Source: an uncultured Actinomycetes bacterium (GTDB lineage Bacteria; Actinomycetota; UBA4738; HRBIN12). From it: a stretch of 64,000 bases of DNA. This document shows positions 8,190 through 17,552 of this stretch, piece after piece. The notes below the pieces were generated by a model. It was given only the letters and a program-made list of their open reading frames with translations. It did no database searches and was not told the origin of the DNA. The stretch covers positions 204,163 through 268,162 of the forward strand of contig CAWFNS010000006.1 in assembly GCA_963817235.1 (NCBI GenBank), given 5' to 3'. The position numbers and the translations under genes were made by a program. Position 1 is the first letter of the stretch; each line of letters begins with the position of its first letter.

Positions 8190-11100
8190 TCAGCCGGCCG
8201 CCAGGACCGCCGCCGCCTCGGGGGCTGCGCGGACGACGGCGGCGTGCTCGGGCGTGAGCGTCGCGATCCACGTCTCCAAGATCTCGCTGGGCTCCGCGGC
8301 GTTGGCTGAACCCGCGTCGGCATCGTCGCCCGCGGTATAGGCGCACCGGGAGCGCGCGGCCCACGCCTGCCAGCGAGGCGTCACGCCGCCCAGTTGCTCG
8401 GCCAGCTCCGTGGCGATCTTGAACTCGGCGAGTCCCTCCTCCCGCCGGCCGAGGGTCACCAACGCCTCGCCCAGCAGCACCCGGGCCGCCGATTCGTACT
8501 TCGGTCGCGTCGCTCGTCGCGCGCGCTCGATCGCGTCGAGCGCCGAGCTCGCCGTCGCGCCGGCGTCCTCCGCTTCGCGAGCGATCTGCGTGCGGACCAA
8601 GGCGAGGCGGCAGCCGCCGTTCCACGGGCGCCAGGCCTTGCCGTTGATCGCGGCATCCCACAGCTCCGGCCATCCGCGTTGCGCGGCGCCGACGTCGCCA
8701 TCCATCAGGTCGGCGAGGAGCAGATCGATCCTGCCTTGGAGGAGCGGCATCCCCCATTCGCCGTGCGTCTGGACCAGTTCGACCGCCGCCTCGTTGCGCC
8801 GGCGGGCCTCGTCGACGAGGAACAGATCGCGATACCCCATCGAGGAGTAGTTCAGCGGCGCCGCTCCCCAGCGAGGCACCCCCAGCTCCTGCGCCTGCGC
8901 GACGATCCGCTCGAGGATGTCGAGGCCATCCTCGGTGCGCCCCATCGCGAGGAGCGTCAGGCCGTGCCACGCGCCTCCGCGGACGAGCGGCTCCACGGCG
9001 TGGGTCGCACCGCCGACGTCGAAGACCTGCCGCGAGAGCTCCTCCGATCGCGCGTAGTCGCCCATCCAGTACGCGCACTCGAACAGCGCCTCCTCGGCAA
9101 GCGCGAAGCGGCTCGGCCGGCTGCCGGCGACGCGGAGCTCGAGCGCGCGTTCGCCGGTGGCGACGGAGTCCGGCAGGACGCCGGCGTTGAGGCCGGCGAG
9201 ACTCAGGCAGGCGAGGGCTGCCGCCGTCTGGTCGCGGTCGCCGACCGCCTCCGCCCGTTCGACGGCGCGGTGTGCGATCTCCTCCGCGGCCGGATCCTCG
9301 AGCCACGTCGCGGACCAGCCGAGGACCAGCAGCGCCTCGACCTCGTCCTTGCCGGCGAGCCGCGGGAGGATGTCGTGCACCTCGGACGTGACGGTCTCGA
9401 ATTCGCTGAGCTCGACCATGATCATCGCCCGGCGGAGCCGGATCCGATCCGCCGTCGCTTGGTCGTCGGAGGCGAGCTCGACCGCCTGATCGAGCAGCGC
9501 CACGGCCTCGTCGCTGGCCCACGACTCCGCCGCGCGCTCGGCCGAGATCAGCAGGTACTCAACGGCCTTCGCGCTCTCGCCCGCCTCCCGCCAATGGTGG
9601 GCAAGCAACCAGGAGAGTTCCCGCCGCCTGCCCAGATCGCGATGCTCGATGTAGCCGGCGATGCTCGCGTGGCGCTCCCGCCGGACGGCCTTGGGAAGGG
9701 TCCCGTAGGCGACCTCCCGGATCAGCATGTGGCGGAACGAATACTCGACGTCGCCCGCGACCTGGCTGCGCGGCTCCCGTCGGATCAGGTCCCGCGCCTC
9801 CAACGTGTCGAGGCGGTCATCGAGGTCCGGATCCGGATGGATCGCGCCGAGCACGCCTGCCCAGAAGGTGCGCCCGATCACCGACGCATCGAGGAGCGCG
9901 GCCCGGGGTTCGACGGGCAGCAGATCGATCCGCGAGGCGATCGCCTCCCGGACCGCGGTGGGCAGGACGCGGTCCTCGCCCGGGCGATCGGTCATGGACG
10001 CCGCCAGTTCCTCGATGAACAGCGGGTTCCCGCCGGAGACCTCGACGATCTTGCCGATCGCCGGGTCCGCGCCACCGCCGAGGACGGCGGCCGCGATCGC
10101 CGAGGCGTCCTCGGTCGAGATCGGACCCAGGGGGATCGTCGTCTGCGGGATCATCCCTCCGCCCCAGGACCGACCCGCGGCGGCGGCCTCCGGTCGGGTG
10201 AGCATCAGGAACACCACGGGGACGTCCCGAACGCGCTCCGCGAGGTGTTCGATCAACTCGAGCTGGCTGGCCCCTGCCCAATGGATGTCCTCGAACCGGA
10301 GCATCCCGGGCCGCACCGCCCCCCAGCCTTCGATGAAGCGCCGCATGGCGTAGAACAGCTGGGTCCGGTCGTCGGTCGGCGCGTCCTCGCCGAGGCCCAG
10401 GAGCAGCGACAGGTACCGGGTGACGTCGGCCGCCTCTTCTGCGGGCAGGAGCTCGGCGACCGACGACGCGAGCTTCGCTCGGGCGACGCCGCCCGGGTCG
10501 CTCTCGAGGATCCCGGCGATCGAACGGATCTGTTCGCTCGACGCGGGATAGCCGGCGACCTCTTCGTACGGCAGACAGCGACCGCTCGCCGAGCCGGCCC
10601 CCTCCGCATCGACGCGCCGCAGGAACCCGCGGGACAGCCGTGATTTCCCGATGCCCGGGGGACCGAGGATCGTGACGACGTGCGGCCGGCGCTCCTCGCG
10701 CACGGTGGCCCAGACCGACGCGAGCTGGTCCATCTCGCGGTCGCGACCGATCAGCGGCGTCCGATCCGAACCCACCGACCCCGTGTCGGACGCACCGAGG
10801 GCGATCCAGGCGGCGACCGGCTCGCGTTTGCCTTTCGCGTCGATCGCCTCGATCGGCTCGTACCGGATCGTGCGCCGCGTTGCGCGGTAGGTCTCGGCGC
10901 CGACGATCACGCCGCCGGGCGGCGCCGCTCCCTGGAGCCGCGCCGCCGTGTTGATCACGTCGCCGGTGGCGAACGCCTCGCCCAGCTCGGGCCGGGCCGA
11001 GACGGCGACCAACGCCTCGCCCGTGTTCACCGCCGCCCGAGCTTGCAGCTGCAGACCGGGGTGCTCGGCGTTCAGCTCGCCGATCGCCTCCAGCACGCGC

Positions 11101-11432
11101 AGCCCAGCTCGGACCGCCCGCTCCGCGTCGTCGCCGTGGGCGACGGGCGCACCGAACACGGCCACCACGGCGTCCCCGATGAACTTCTCGACGGTCCCTC
11201 CGAACCGCTCGAGCTCGTCGCGGGCCCGCTCGTGGTACCAGCGCAGCTCTTCCCGGACCTCCTCGGGGTCGGCGTCCTCGGCCCGCGCCGTCGAGCCGAC
11301 CAGATCGACGAACAGCGCCGATACGAGCTTGCGCTCATCGGTCGTCGCGGCACGTGCCAGCTCGACCCCGCAGGACTGGCAGAACCGCGCGTCATCTCCG
11401 TTGTCGTGGCCGCACCGTGGGCACGCCGGCAT
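8190..11432 (-). CDS. Zinc-ribbon / class III adenylate-guanylate cyclase / STAND (AAA) ATPase / TPR-like multidomain protein
   Basis: 1080 aa. N-terminal CPRCGHDNGDDARFCQSCG. Cyclase homology domain (LFVDLVGSTARAE...KFIGDAVVAVFG). P-loop ILGPPGIGKSRL. Long helical-repeat C-terminus with no recognisable HTH output. Confidence 0.85.
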   Translation of the reverse strand: MPACPRCGHDNGDDARFCQSCGVELARAATTDERKLVSALFVDLVGSTARAEDADPEEVREELRWYHERARDELERFGGTVEKFIGDAVVAVFGAPVAHGDDAERAVRAGLRVLEAIGELNAEHPGLQLQARAAVNTGEALVAVSARPELGEAFATGDVINTAARLQGAAPPGGVIVGAETYRATRRTIRYEPIEAIDAKGKREPVAAWIALGASDTGSVGSDRTPLIGRDREMDQLASVWATVREERRPHVVTILGPPGIGKSRLSRGFLRRVDAEGAGSASGRCLPYEEVAGYPASSEQIRSIAGILESDPGGVARAKLASSVAELLPAEEAADVTRYLSLLLGLGEDAPTDDRTQLFYAMRRFIEGWGAVRPGMLRFEDIHWAGASQLELIEHLAERVRDVPVVFLMLTRPEAAAAGRSWGGGMIPQTTIPLGPISTEDASAIAAAVLGGGADPAIGKIVEVSGGNPLFIEELAASMTDRPGEDRVLPTAVREAIASRIDLLPVEPRAALLDASVIGRTFWAGVLGAIHPDPDLDDRLDTLEARDLIRREPRSQVAGDVEYSFRHMLIREVAYGTLPKAVRRERHASIAGYIEHRDLGRRRELSWLLAHHWREAGESAKAVEYLLISAERAAESWASDEAVALLDQAVELASDDQATADRIRLRRAMIMVELSEFETVTSEVHDILPRLAGKDEVEALLVLGWSATWLEDPAAEEIAHRAVERAEAVGDRDQTAAALACLSLAGLNAGVLPDSVATGERALELRVAGSRPSRFALAEEALFECAYWMGDYARSEELSRQVFDVGGATHAVEPLVRGGAWHGLTLLAMGRTEDGLDILERIVAQAQELGVPRWGAAPLNYSSMGYRDLFLVDEARRRNEAAVELVQTHGEWGMPLLQGRIDLLLADLMDGDVGAAQRGWPELWDAAINGKAWRPWNGGCRLALVRTQIAREAEDAGATASSALDAIERARRATRPKYESAARVLLGEALVTLGRREEGLAEFKIATELAEQLGGVTPRWQAWAARSRCAYTAGDDADAGSANAAEPSEILETWIATLTPEHAAVVRAAPEAAAVLAAG

Positions 11433-11492
11433 CCACGAAGCCTAGGGCTCGAAGGCGGCGAGGCGCCAGCCGACCGCGACTAGCATCGCCTC

Positions 11493-12416
11493 GTGGACGA
11501 ACGGGACCGAGCGGTCGGGTCGATCCTCGGGTCTGGCCGTCGGCGACGCGCTCGGTGCGCCGTTCGCCGGCCGGCCGCGCGCGAGGCGATCCCGGATCCG
11601 ATCCCGGCGTTCGAGGTGCCGCGTGACGGGAGTCGCCTCCGGCGCACCGGGACGGAGGCCAGCGGCGATGGCGCGGAACCTGGTGACCTCGCTGCTCGCG
11701 AACGGGGGCGCGCTGGATCTGGAGGACGTGCTCGCCCGGCAGCTCGCGTGGTTCGCCGACCGGGCCCGGAGCCGTCGACCCGCAGACGGCGCGGGTCCTG
11801 AGCCGATACCGCGCAGGGCGATCCGAACGCGGCGCGCTGGTACGTCGAGACGATGGGGCCGGAGGTGAGCGGTGGCAACGGTGCGGTGCGGTACTGCGGT
11901 CCACTCGGGGTGCTGCGGACCCGCGAGCCGGAACGCTTGTCGACCGAGGCGCCCGCGCTCGCCGCCCTGACCCACTGGGACGAACGGTGCGGCACCTCGT
12001 GCGCGGCGGTGACGCTCGCGATCGCGCGCTGGTCGCGGGGAGGAGCCGGCTCCCGCGGTGATCGGGGCGATGGCGGCGGGTCGAGGGCGCACGACGGTGC
12101 CGAGGAGCTCGAGTACCTGATCGACCAGGTGGGCCGCGCGCGCCAGATCGACCGGCGCCACATCGACTTCACGCTGTTCGCGGCGGGCGCGGGGTTGCAG
12201 GTGACCGGCGAAGGGCTCGGGTTCGAGGCGGGGCTGCGGCACGTGGTGTCGCTCGGCGGCGACACCGCGGCGAACGCGGCCGTGGCGGGCGCCCTGCTGG
12301 GCGCCCGCCACGGCCGAGCGGCGATCCCGCCCGGGTGGCTCGATCGCCTCGCGGACCGCGAGGCGATCGAGCGCGAGGCCGCCGAACTCGCCGAGCTGGT
12401 CGCGACCGGCGTGTAA
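11493..12416 (+). CDS. ADP-ribosylglycohydrolase family protein (several frame disruptions between 11540 and 11870)
   Basis: Fragments LAVGDALGAPF, MARNLVTSLLANGG and C-terminal LGGDTAANAAVAGALLGARHGRAAIPPGW (ORF 11853..12416) are characteristic of the DraG/ARH family. The N-terminal pieces lie in ORFs 11493.. and 11623.. Confidence 0.65.
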
Positions 12417-12475
12417 CGCCGCAGGCCCGATAACGTACGGTGCCGCGAGGAACCGAACCGGGAGGGTCCGAACCG

Positions 12476-13700
12476 ATGGCCGAGATCCAGGTCTACGGCG
12501 CCAGCTGGTGCCCCGATTGCCGGCGAGCGAAGAAGTTCCTGTCGGACCAGCGGGTCGCGTTCGACTGGCACGACATCGACGGCGACGAGGCCGGGATCCG
12601 CGAGGTCGAGGCCCGCAACGACGGGAGGCGGATCATCCCGACGATCGTGTTCGGCGACGACTCGCACCTGGCCGAGCCCTCGAACGAGGAGCTTGCCGAC
12701 AAGCTCGGCCTGGCCCGTTCCGCGATGCAGCACGTGTACGACCTCGTGATCGTCGGCGGCGGGCCCACCGGCCTCACGACCGCGATCTACGCGGCGCGCG
12801 AGAACCTCGAGACGCTCGTGATCGACTCGAAGGGCCTGGGTGGGCAGGCGGGGGTGACCGAGCGCCTGGACAACTATCCGGGGTTCCCCGAAGGGATCGG
12901 CGGCGCCGAGCTGGCAGACCGGTTCGTGAAGCAGGCCGAGCGCTACGGCGTCGAGCTGCTCCAGGCGGTCAGCGTCACGGCGATCACGGACGAGGGGCAT
13001 CGCGAGCTGGACGTCGAGACCGCGACCGGCGACCACTACCACGCGCGCGCGGTGCTGATCGCGACCGGCTCGAGCTACCGGCGGACCGACGCCGAGGGCG
13101 AGGACGAGCTGATCGGCGCCGGCGTGCACTTCTGCGCCACGTGCGACGGCCCCTTCTACAGAGGGTCGAGCGAGTTGCTCGTGATCGGCGGCGGGAACTC
13201 GGGGCTCGAGGAAGGGCTCTTCCTCACCCAGTTCACGGACATGGTGGTCGTGGTCGAGCGCGGCGACCGCTTGCGCGGCTCCAAGCTCCTGCAGGACAAG
13301 GTCCTGCACCACGCGAAGATGGACGTGCTGCTCGAGCACGGCGTGACGGCGTTCCGCCCGAAGGACGGCGGCTCCGGCAAGCTGGGGACGGTCGAGCTCG
13401 AGGACCTCCGCACGGGCGCTCGCTCGGAGCGGCACCCCGACGGCGTGTTCGTGTTCATCGGGCTCGATCCGAACACGGGGTTCCTCGGCGAGCGGATCGC
13501 GCTGGACGACCGGCGCTTCGTCGCCACCGACGCGACGTTCATGACGAGCGTGCCGGGGGTGTTCGCGGCCGGCGACGTCCGAGGAGGCTCCACGAAGCAG
13601 CTCGCCTCGGCGGTCGGCGAGGGCGCGGCCGTCGCGATCCAGATCCGCGGCTACCTCGACCGGCTCGACCGCGAGCGTCGACGAAGGGATGGGCGCATGA
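12476..13700 (+). CDS. Glutaredoxin-like (CPDC) domain fused to thioredoxin-disulfide reductase
   Basis: M13 of ORF 12440..13981. N-terminal MAEIQVYGASWCPDCRRAKKFL. FAD motif VIVGGGPTGLTTA. Redox-active FCATCDG. NADPH motif VIGGGNSGLEE. The 3' end is inferred from a TGA at 13698-13700 in the +1 frame, which overlaps the next ATG. Confidence 0.8.
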
Positions 13701-13981
13701 CCCCTGCGGAGATCTTCGACCTGATCATCAAGGCCGACGAGAAGCTGAAGTACTCGACCGAGGCGAACATGGAGCTGCGACGGTCGCAGGCGATCGAGCT
13801 GTTGCTCCAGGCGCGCACCGAAGCGCAGGCCGCCGGCGTCGAGCAGCTGGTGCAACAGGCGGAGACGCGGCTGACGGACCTGGGCGTCGACCCGCGGCGA
13901 ACTAGCCGCCGGCGTTCCAGCCGCGGAACGCCGTCCAGCAGCGTCGCCGACTGGTGCGCGGGCTCAGATCCGCTTCGGTGA
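13697..13981 (+). CDS. Small conserved hypothetical helical protein (MTPAEIFDLIIKADEKLKYSTEANMELRRSQAIELLLQARTEAQAAG...)
   Basis: The ATG at 13697 forms an ATGA overlap with the probable reductase stop. The 3' end is uncertain because it overlaps the convergent anti-sigma gene from 13902. Confidence 0.4.
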   Translation: MTPAEIFDLIIKADEKLKYSTEANMELRRSQAIELLLQARTEAQAAGVEQLVQQAETRLTDLGVDPRRTSRRRSSRGTPSSSVADWCAGSDPLR

Positions 13982-14161
13982 GCTCGCCGGTGAGCCGGAT
14001 CGTCTCGCGGAGCTCGTCGAGGATCATCGAACAGCCGTCGCACGACGCGAGGTGGGCCTCGACGCGCGCGCGGTGCGGCGCGGGAAGCTCGCCGTCGAGG
14101 AAGTCGCTCAGCAGCTCGACGACCTCGCGGCAGGTGATCTGGCCGGCTTCGAGCTGCTCAT
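13902..14161 (-). CDS. Small soluble zinc-binding anti-sigma factor (ZAS, RsrA-like) (frame disruption within the first codons)
   Basis: Not in the ORF track. The ATG at 14161 overlaps the sigma stop (ATGA). After a 1-nt shift the frame reads EQLEAGQITCREVVELLSDFLDGELPAPHRARVEAHLASCDGCSMILDELRETIRLTGELTEADL... with C-x26-H-x3-C-x2-C spacing. Stop TAG at 13902-13904. Confidence 0.65.
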
Positions 14162-14808
14162 GCTTGGCTCACGCTCCGGAAGTGCTCCTCGATCGCACGG
14201 CGGACGCGGGCGCGCGCCCGGTGCAGGAGCACCCGTTGATTGGTCTCGCTCAGGTCGAGCGCGTTACGGACCTCCTCCGAGGACCAGCCCTGGACGTCCC
14301 GGAGCCGGATCACCTCGGCCTGCAGCGGGGGGAGCGCGGCGATCGCGCGACCGATCACGCGGATCGTCTCGGATCCCTCCGCGCGCTGCTCCGGCATGCC
14401 GCGCCAGTCGAACGGGAGCGTCGACCAGCTGCCCGCGGCCGGATCGTCGGCGCCGCGGAACGCGCTCGGGTCGATCGAGGGCTCGTCGAGGTCGTCGCCG
14501 GCGAGCGTCGCGAACGGCACGCTCCGACCCTCCCGCTGGCCCCTCGTCTTCGCGATGTTCACGAGGATCCGGAAGATCCACGTCCGCAGCGTCGAGCGTC
14601 CCTCGAACGACCCGAGTCCACGGAGGACCCCGACCCACGCGTCCTGGACCACCTCGTCCGCGACCGCGTCGGTGGACACGTACATCCGGGCGACCCGGCG
14701 CATCGATGGTCCGAGCGCGGTGACGAGCATCATGAAGGCGTCCTCGTCGCCGGCGCGGAGGCGCGCGACCAACTCGAGATCGGTGGGAGAGATGGACGGA
14801 GCCGCCAC
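14158..14808 (-). CDS. ECF-type RNA polymerase sigma-70 family factor
   Basis: 216 aa. Region 2 (DEVVQDAWVGVLRGLGSFEGRSTLRTWIFRILVN) and region 4 (LQAEVIRLRDVQGWSSEEVRNALDLSETNQRVLLHRARARVR). Confidence 0.9.
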   Translation of the reverse strand: MAAPSISPTDLELVARLRAGDEDAFMMLVTALGPSMRRVARMYVSTDAVADEVVQDAWVGVLRGLGSFEGRSTLRTWIFRILVNIAKTRGQREGRSVPFATLAGDDLDEPSIDPSAFRGADDPAAGSWSTLPFDWRGMPEQRAEGSETIRVIGRAIAALPPLQAEVIRLRDVQGWSSEEVRNALDLSETNQRVLLHRARARVRRAIEEHFRSVSQA

Positions 14809-14841
14809 GGGCGGCAGCCTAGTCAGGAGCGCCGAAGCAGG

Positions 14842-15917
14842 CTAGGGGCGCATCGCGGCCCAGGGCCGGTCGTAGCCGTAGAGCGAGTCGTACTGGACCT
14901 GACCGCCGGGGCCGGGGTGCCGAGCGTGGATGATGCGTCCCCCGCCGATGTACAGCGCCACGTGCGGGGAGACGTCCCCGTAGTAGACGATGTCGCCGGG
15001 CTGGATCTCGGACAGCGGCACGTGCGGGAGCGACGAGTACTGCTCGTACGCGGAGTGCGGCAGCGAGACGCCGGCGCGGCCCCACGCCCACATCGTCAGG
15101 CCCGAGCAGTCGAAACCGACGTTCGGATCGGCCGCGCCGAAGACGTACTGCGTGCCGACCACCGACGCGGCCGCGGAGATCGCGATCTGGGCGGCCGACG
15201 CGTTCGCGGGCGGGGGCGGGGCGGTCGGCACGTCGGCCGGTGGACCGCTGATGCCGTTCTGCTCCTCGAGCGCCGCCTGGCGGGCGGCGGCTTCCTGGGC
15301 GGCGATCGCGGCGAGCCACTGGTTCCGCTGATCCTGCGAGCTGCAACGCCAGCTGACGCTGCTGTGCCAGGTTCGACTGGATCTGCTCGCGCTCGCTCGT
15401 CATGTCGTTGAGGTGCGCCTGTGCGTCCGAGACCGCCTGCGCGTACTGCTGTGCCGCCCACGTGGCCAGCTGCCCGGCGGCGTCGGCCTTCGTGGCGAGG
15501 TCCGCGTCGGACTGCGCGATCGCGCCGATGAACTCGAGCTTGTCCGAGAATTCCGTGAAGCTTTGCGCGCCAAGCAGGACGTCGAGCGAGGACCCCATGC
15601 CGGTGTAGGTGTTGACGGCGGACTCGGCCAGCTGGGCACGCGCGGTGTCGGCCTGCTTCGCGGCCGAGTCCTTCATCGCCTTCGCGGCCGCGAGATGCGT
15701 CTGCGCCTGCTGGAGCTCGACCTTCGCCGTGTTCCACTTCTCGACGGCCGCCTCGAACTGGTTCTGGAGCTGGGCGAGCTGCCGTCTTCGCGTCCTCGAC
15801 CTGCTGCTTGGACGGCGGCGCCGCCGCGGAGGTCGTGGTGAGCGAGAAGACGAAGGTGGGGACGACGACGAGCGCGGCCAAGATGAGCCGCTTCACTCTC
15901 GTCTGGGTGCCGGTCAT
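14842..15917 (-). CDS. Secreted NlpC/P60 (C40) cell-wall hydrolase with N-terminal coiled-coil, RipA-like (at least 3 frame disruptions)
   Basis: Signal/TM segment MTGTQTRVKRLILAALVVVPTFVFS (M26 of ORF 15096..15992). Coiled-coil part in ORF 14819..15676. Catalytic domain in ORF 14842..15231 (YVFGAADPNVGFDCSGLTMWAW...GDVSPHVALYIG). Confidence 0.8.
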
Positions 15918-16098
15918 CGTCCTCCGAGGGTCGGGATATGGCGAGGGCCCGGTGGGTGTGGTCACCGAGCCCAGCGGGGACACCCTAGCCACCCGGACGA
16001 CGGGGCGTCAAACACGCCCGAACACGTGTTCGCAGGTCGCACGGACGACCTACGGTTCGGGGGCGGCCGCGTTCCGCGGTCCGCCCCCGATCGTTCGG

Positions 16099-16172
16099 GT
16101 CGGGACGGCGGGATTTGAACCCGCGACCTCAGCGTCCCGAACGCTGCGCGCTACCAAGCTGCGCTACGTCCC
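16099..16172 (-). tRNA. tRNA-Pro: tRNA-Pro (anticodon CGG)
   Basis: The reverse strand reads CGGGACGTAGCGCAGCTTGGTAGCGCGCAGCGTTCGGGACGCTGAGGTCGCGGGTTCAAATCCCGCCGTCCCGA. It has a 7-bp acceptor stem, anticodon loop TTCGGGA and a GGTTCAAATCC T-arm. CCA is not encoded. Confidence 0.9.
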
Positions 16173-16197
16173 GAGGCCCAGATTGTAGCCCGCGCGT

Positions 16198-17079
16198 TCA
16201 GGAGGCCGTCGGGCGGCGCGAGAGCTCGAGCACGGTGGCCTGCGGCCTACAGCAGAAGCGGAAGGGCGCGAACTTGCTCGTGCCGAGGCCCGGCGAGGTG
16301 TGGAGCACGGCGCCTCCCATCTGGAACAGCCCCGCCACGAGCCGCCGCGGCATCGAGCAGTTCGTCACGAGCGCGCCGATGAGCGGCAGACAGACCTGGC
16401 CCCCGTGCGTGTGGCCGGCCACGAGGAGCTCGTAGCCGAGCGCGGCCGTCTCGGGCGCCGAGTCGGGCGAGTGCATGACGGCCAGGCCGAAGCGCTCGGG
16501 CGCCCCGCGGGGGGCGACACGCAGATCGTGCCGTTGGATGTGCGCGTCGCCGAGCCCGAGCAGCTCGAGCGGCAGGCCGTCCACCTCGACGAGCCGGCGG
16601 GAGTTCGTGAGATCGGCCCAGCCGTCGTCGCTGAGCTGTTCGATCAGCTCGGGCGCTCGTCCGCGCATCGGCCGGGGGCGCTTCACCTGCTCGTCGCCGA
16701 AGTAGCTGAAGTACGAGCGCGGCCGCGCCGCGTAGTAGTCGTTCGAGCCGAGCACGAACCACGACGCCATCCGTCCACGGACCGCGCGCACCCCGGCGAC
16801 CGCGGCCTCGACGGCCTCCGGCTCGGCCAGGAAGTCGCCCGTGACGACCGTGACGTCGGCGGCGGGCAACGACGCGAGGAAGCGTGCCTTCTTCGGATCG
16901 TCGCGGACGAAATGGAGATCGGACAGGTGCAGCACCGAGAGGCGCTCGGGCCCGTCGGATGGCAGGATGGCGAGGCGATAGCGACGCAGGCGGAACCACG
17001 TTCGCTCGATCGCGACGCCGTACGTGACGCAGGCGACACCGACGAGCGCGATCGCGAGCACCACGATGAGCACGGGCAC
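16198..17079 (-). CDS. Membrane-anchored metallophosphoesterase (calcineurin-like)
   Basis: 293 aa. N-terminal TM segment, then LHLSDLHF, VVTGDF, GSNDYY and AGHTHGGQ phosphoesterase motifs. Confidence 0.85.
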   Translation of the reverse strand: MPVLIVVLAIALVGVACVTYGVAIERTWFRLRRYRLAILPSDGPERLSVLHLSDLHFVRDDPKKARFLASLPAADVTVVTGDFLAEPEAVEAAVAGVRAVRGRMASWFVLGSNDYYAARPRSYFSYFGDEQVKRPRPMRGRAPELIEQLSDDGWADLTNSRRLVEVDGLPLELLGLGDAHIQRHDLRVAPRGAPERFGLAVMHSPDSAPETAALGYELLVAGHTHGGQVCLPLIGALVTNCSMPRRLVAGLFQMGGAVLHTSPGLGTSKFAPFRFCCRPQATVLELSRRPTAS

Positions 17080-17096
17080 GGGGAAGGAGTGTACGG

Positions 17097-17552
17097 GTGG
17101 CCGGGACGTTGAAGGAGCAGCTCCGCGAGGAGATCACCGACGCGCTCCGCGCCGGCGACAAGGTCCGGCTGGGCGCGCTGCGTCTGTTGTCGGCCGCCGT
17201 CACGAACCAGGAGAAGGAGCTCCGGCGCGAGCTCTCCGACGACGAGCTCCGCGCCGTGGCGGGCAAGGAGATGAAGAAGCGTGCCGAGTCGATCGAGGCG
17301 TTCGAGGGCGCCGGCCGGCAGGAGCTCGCGGACAAGGAGCGCGCCGAGCGTGACGCGATCGCGGCCTACGCGCCGGAGCAGCTCGGCGAGGAGCAGGTGG
17401 ACGCGCTCATCGACGAGGCCATCGACGCGACCGGGGCCGCCGGGCCGCAGGACTTCGGCGCCGTGATGGGGAAGGTGATGGCGACGGCGAAGGGGAAGGT
17501 GGACGGGTCGGTCGTGCAGCGGAAGGTCCGGGAGCGGCTCGGCTCGCCCTAG
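17097..17552 (+). CDS. GatB/YqeY domain-containing protein
   Basis: 151 aa. LREEITDALRAGDKVRLGALRLLSAAVTNQEKE and the C-terminal GKVMATAKGKVDGSVVQRKV are typical of YqeY. Confidence 0.8.
   Translation: MAGTLKEQLREEITDALRAGDKVRLGALRLLSAAVTNQEKELRRELSDDELRAVAGKEMKKRAESIEAFEGAGRQELADKERAERDAIAAYAPEQLGEEQVDALIDEAIDATGAAGPQDFGAVMGKVMATAKGKVDGSVVQRKVRERLGSP

Noticed and set aside
12476-13981. The 513-aa ORF as a genuine three-part fusion of Grx-like, TrxR and helical-tail domains.
   Set aside because: The tail begins with an ATG that forms an ATGA overlap with a +1-frame stop (13697-13700). That is the usual signature of two coupled genes. One indel in the last ~100 nt of the reductase gene would explain the fusion.
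16099-16172. tRNA-Pro as an integration hotspot, and mobile elements or CRISPR arrays anywhere in the window.
   Set aside because: No integrase, transposase, phage-like genes, att-like direct repeats of the tRNA 3' end or regularly spaced repeats were seen. The neighbours of the tRNA are core genes.
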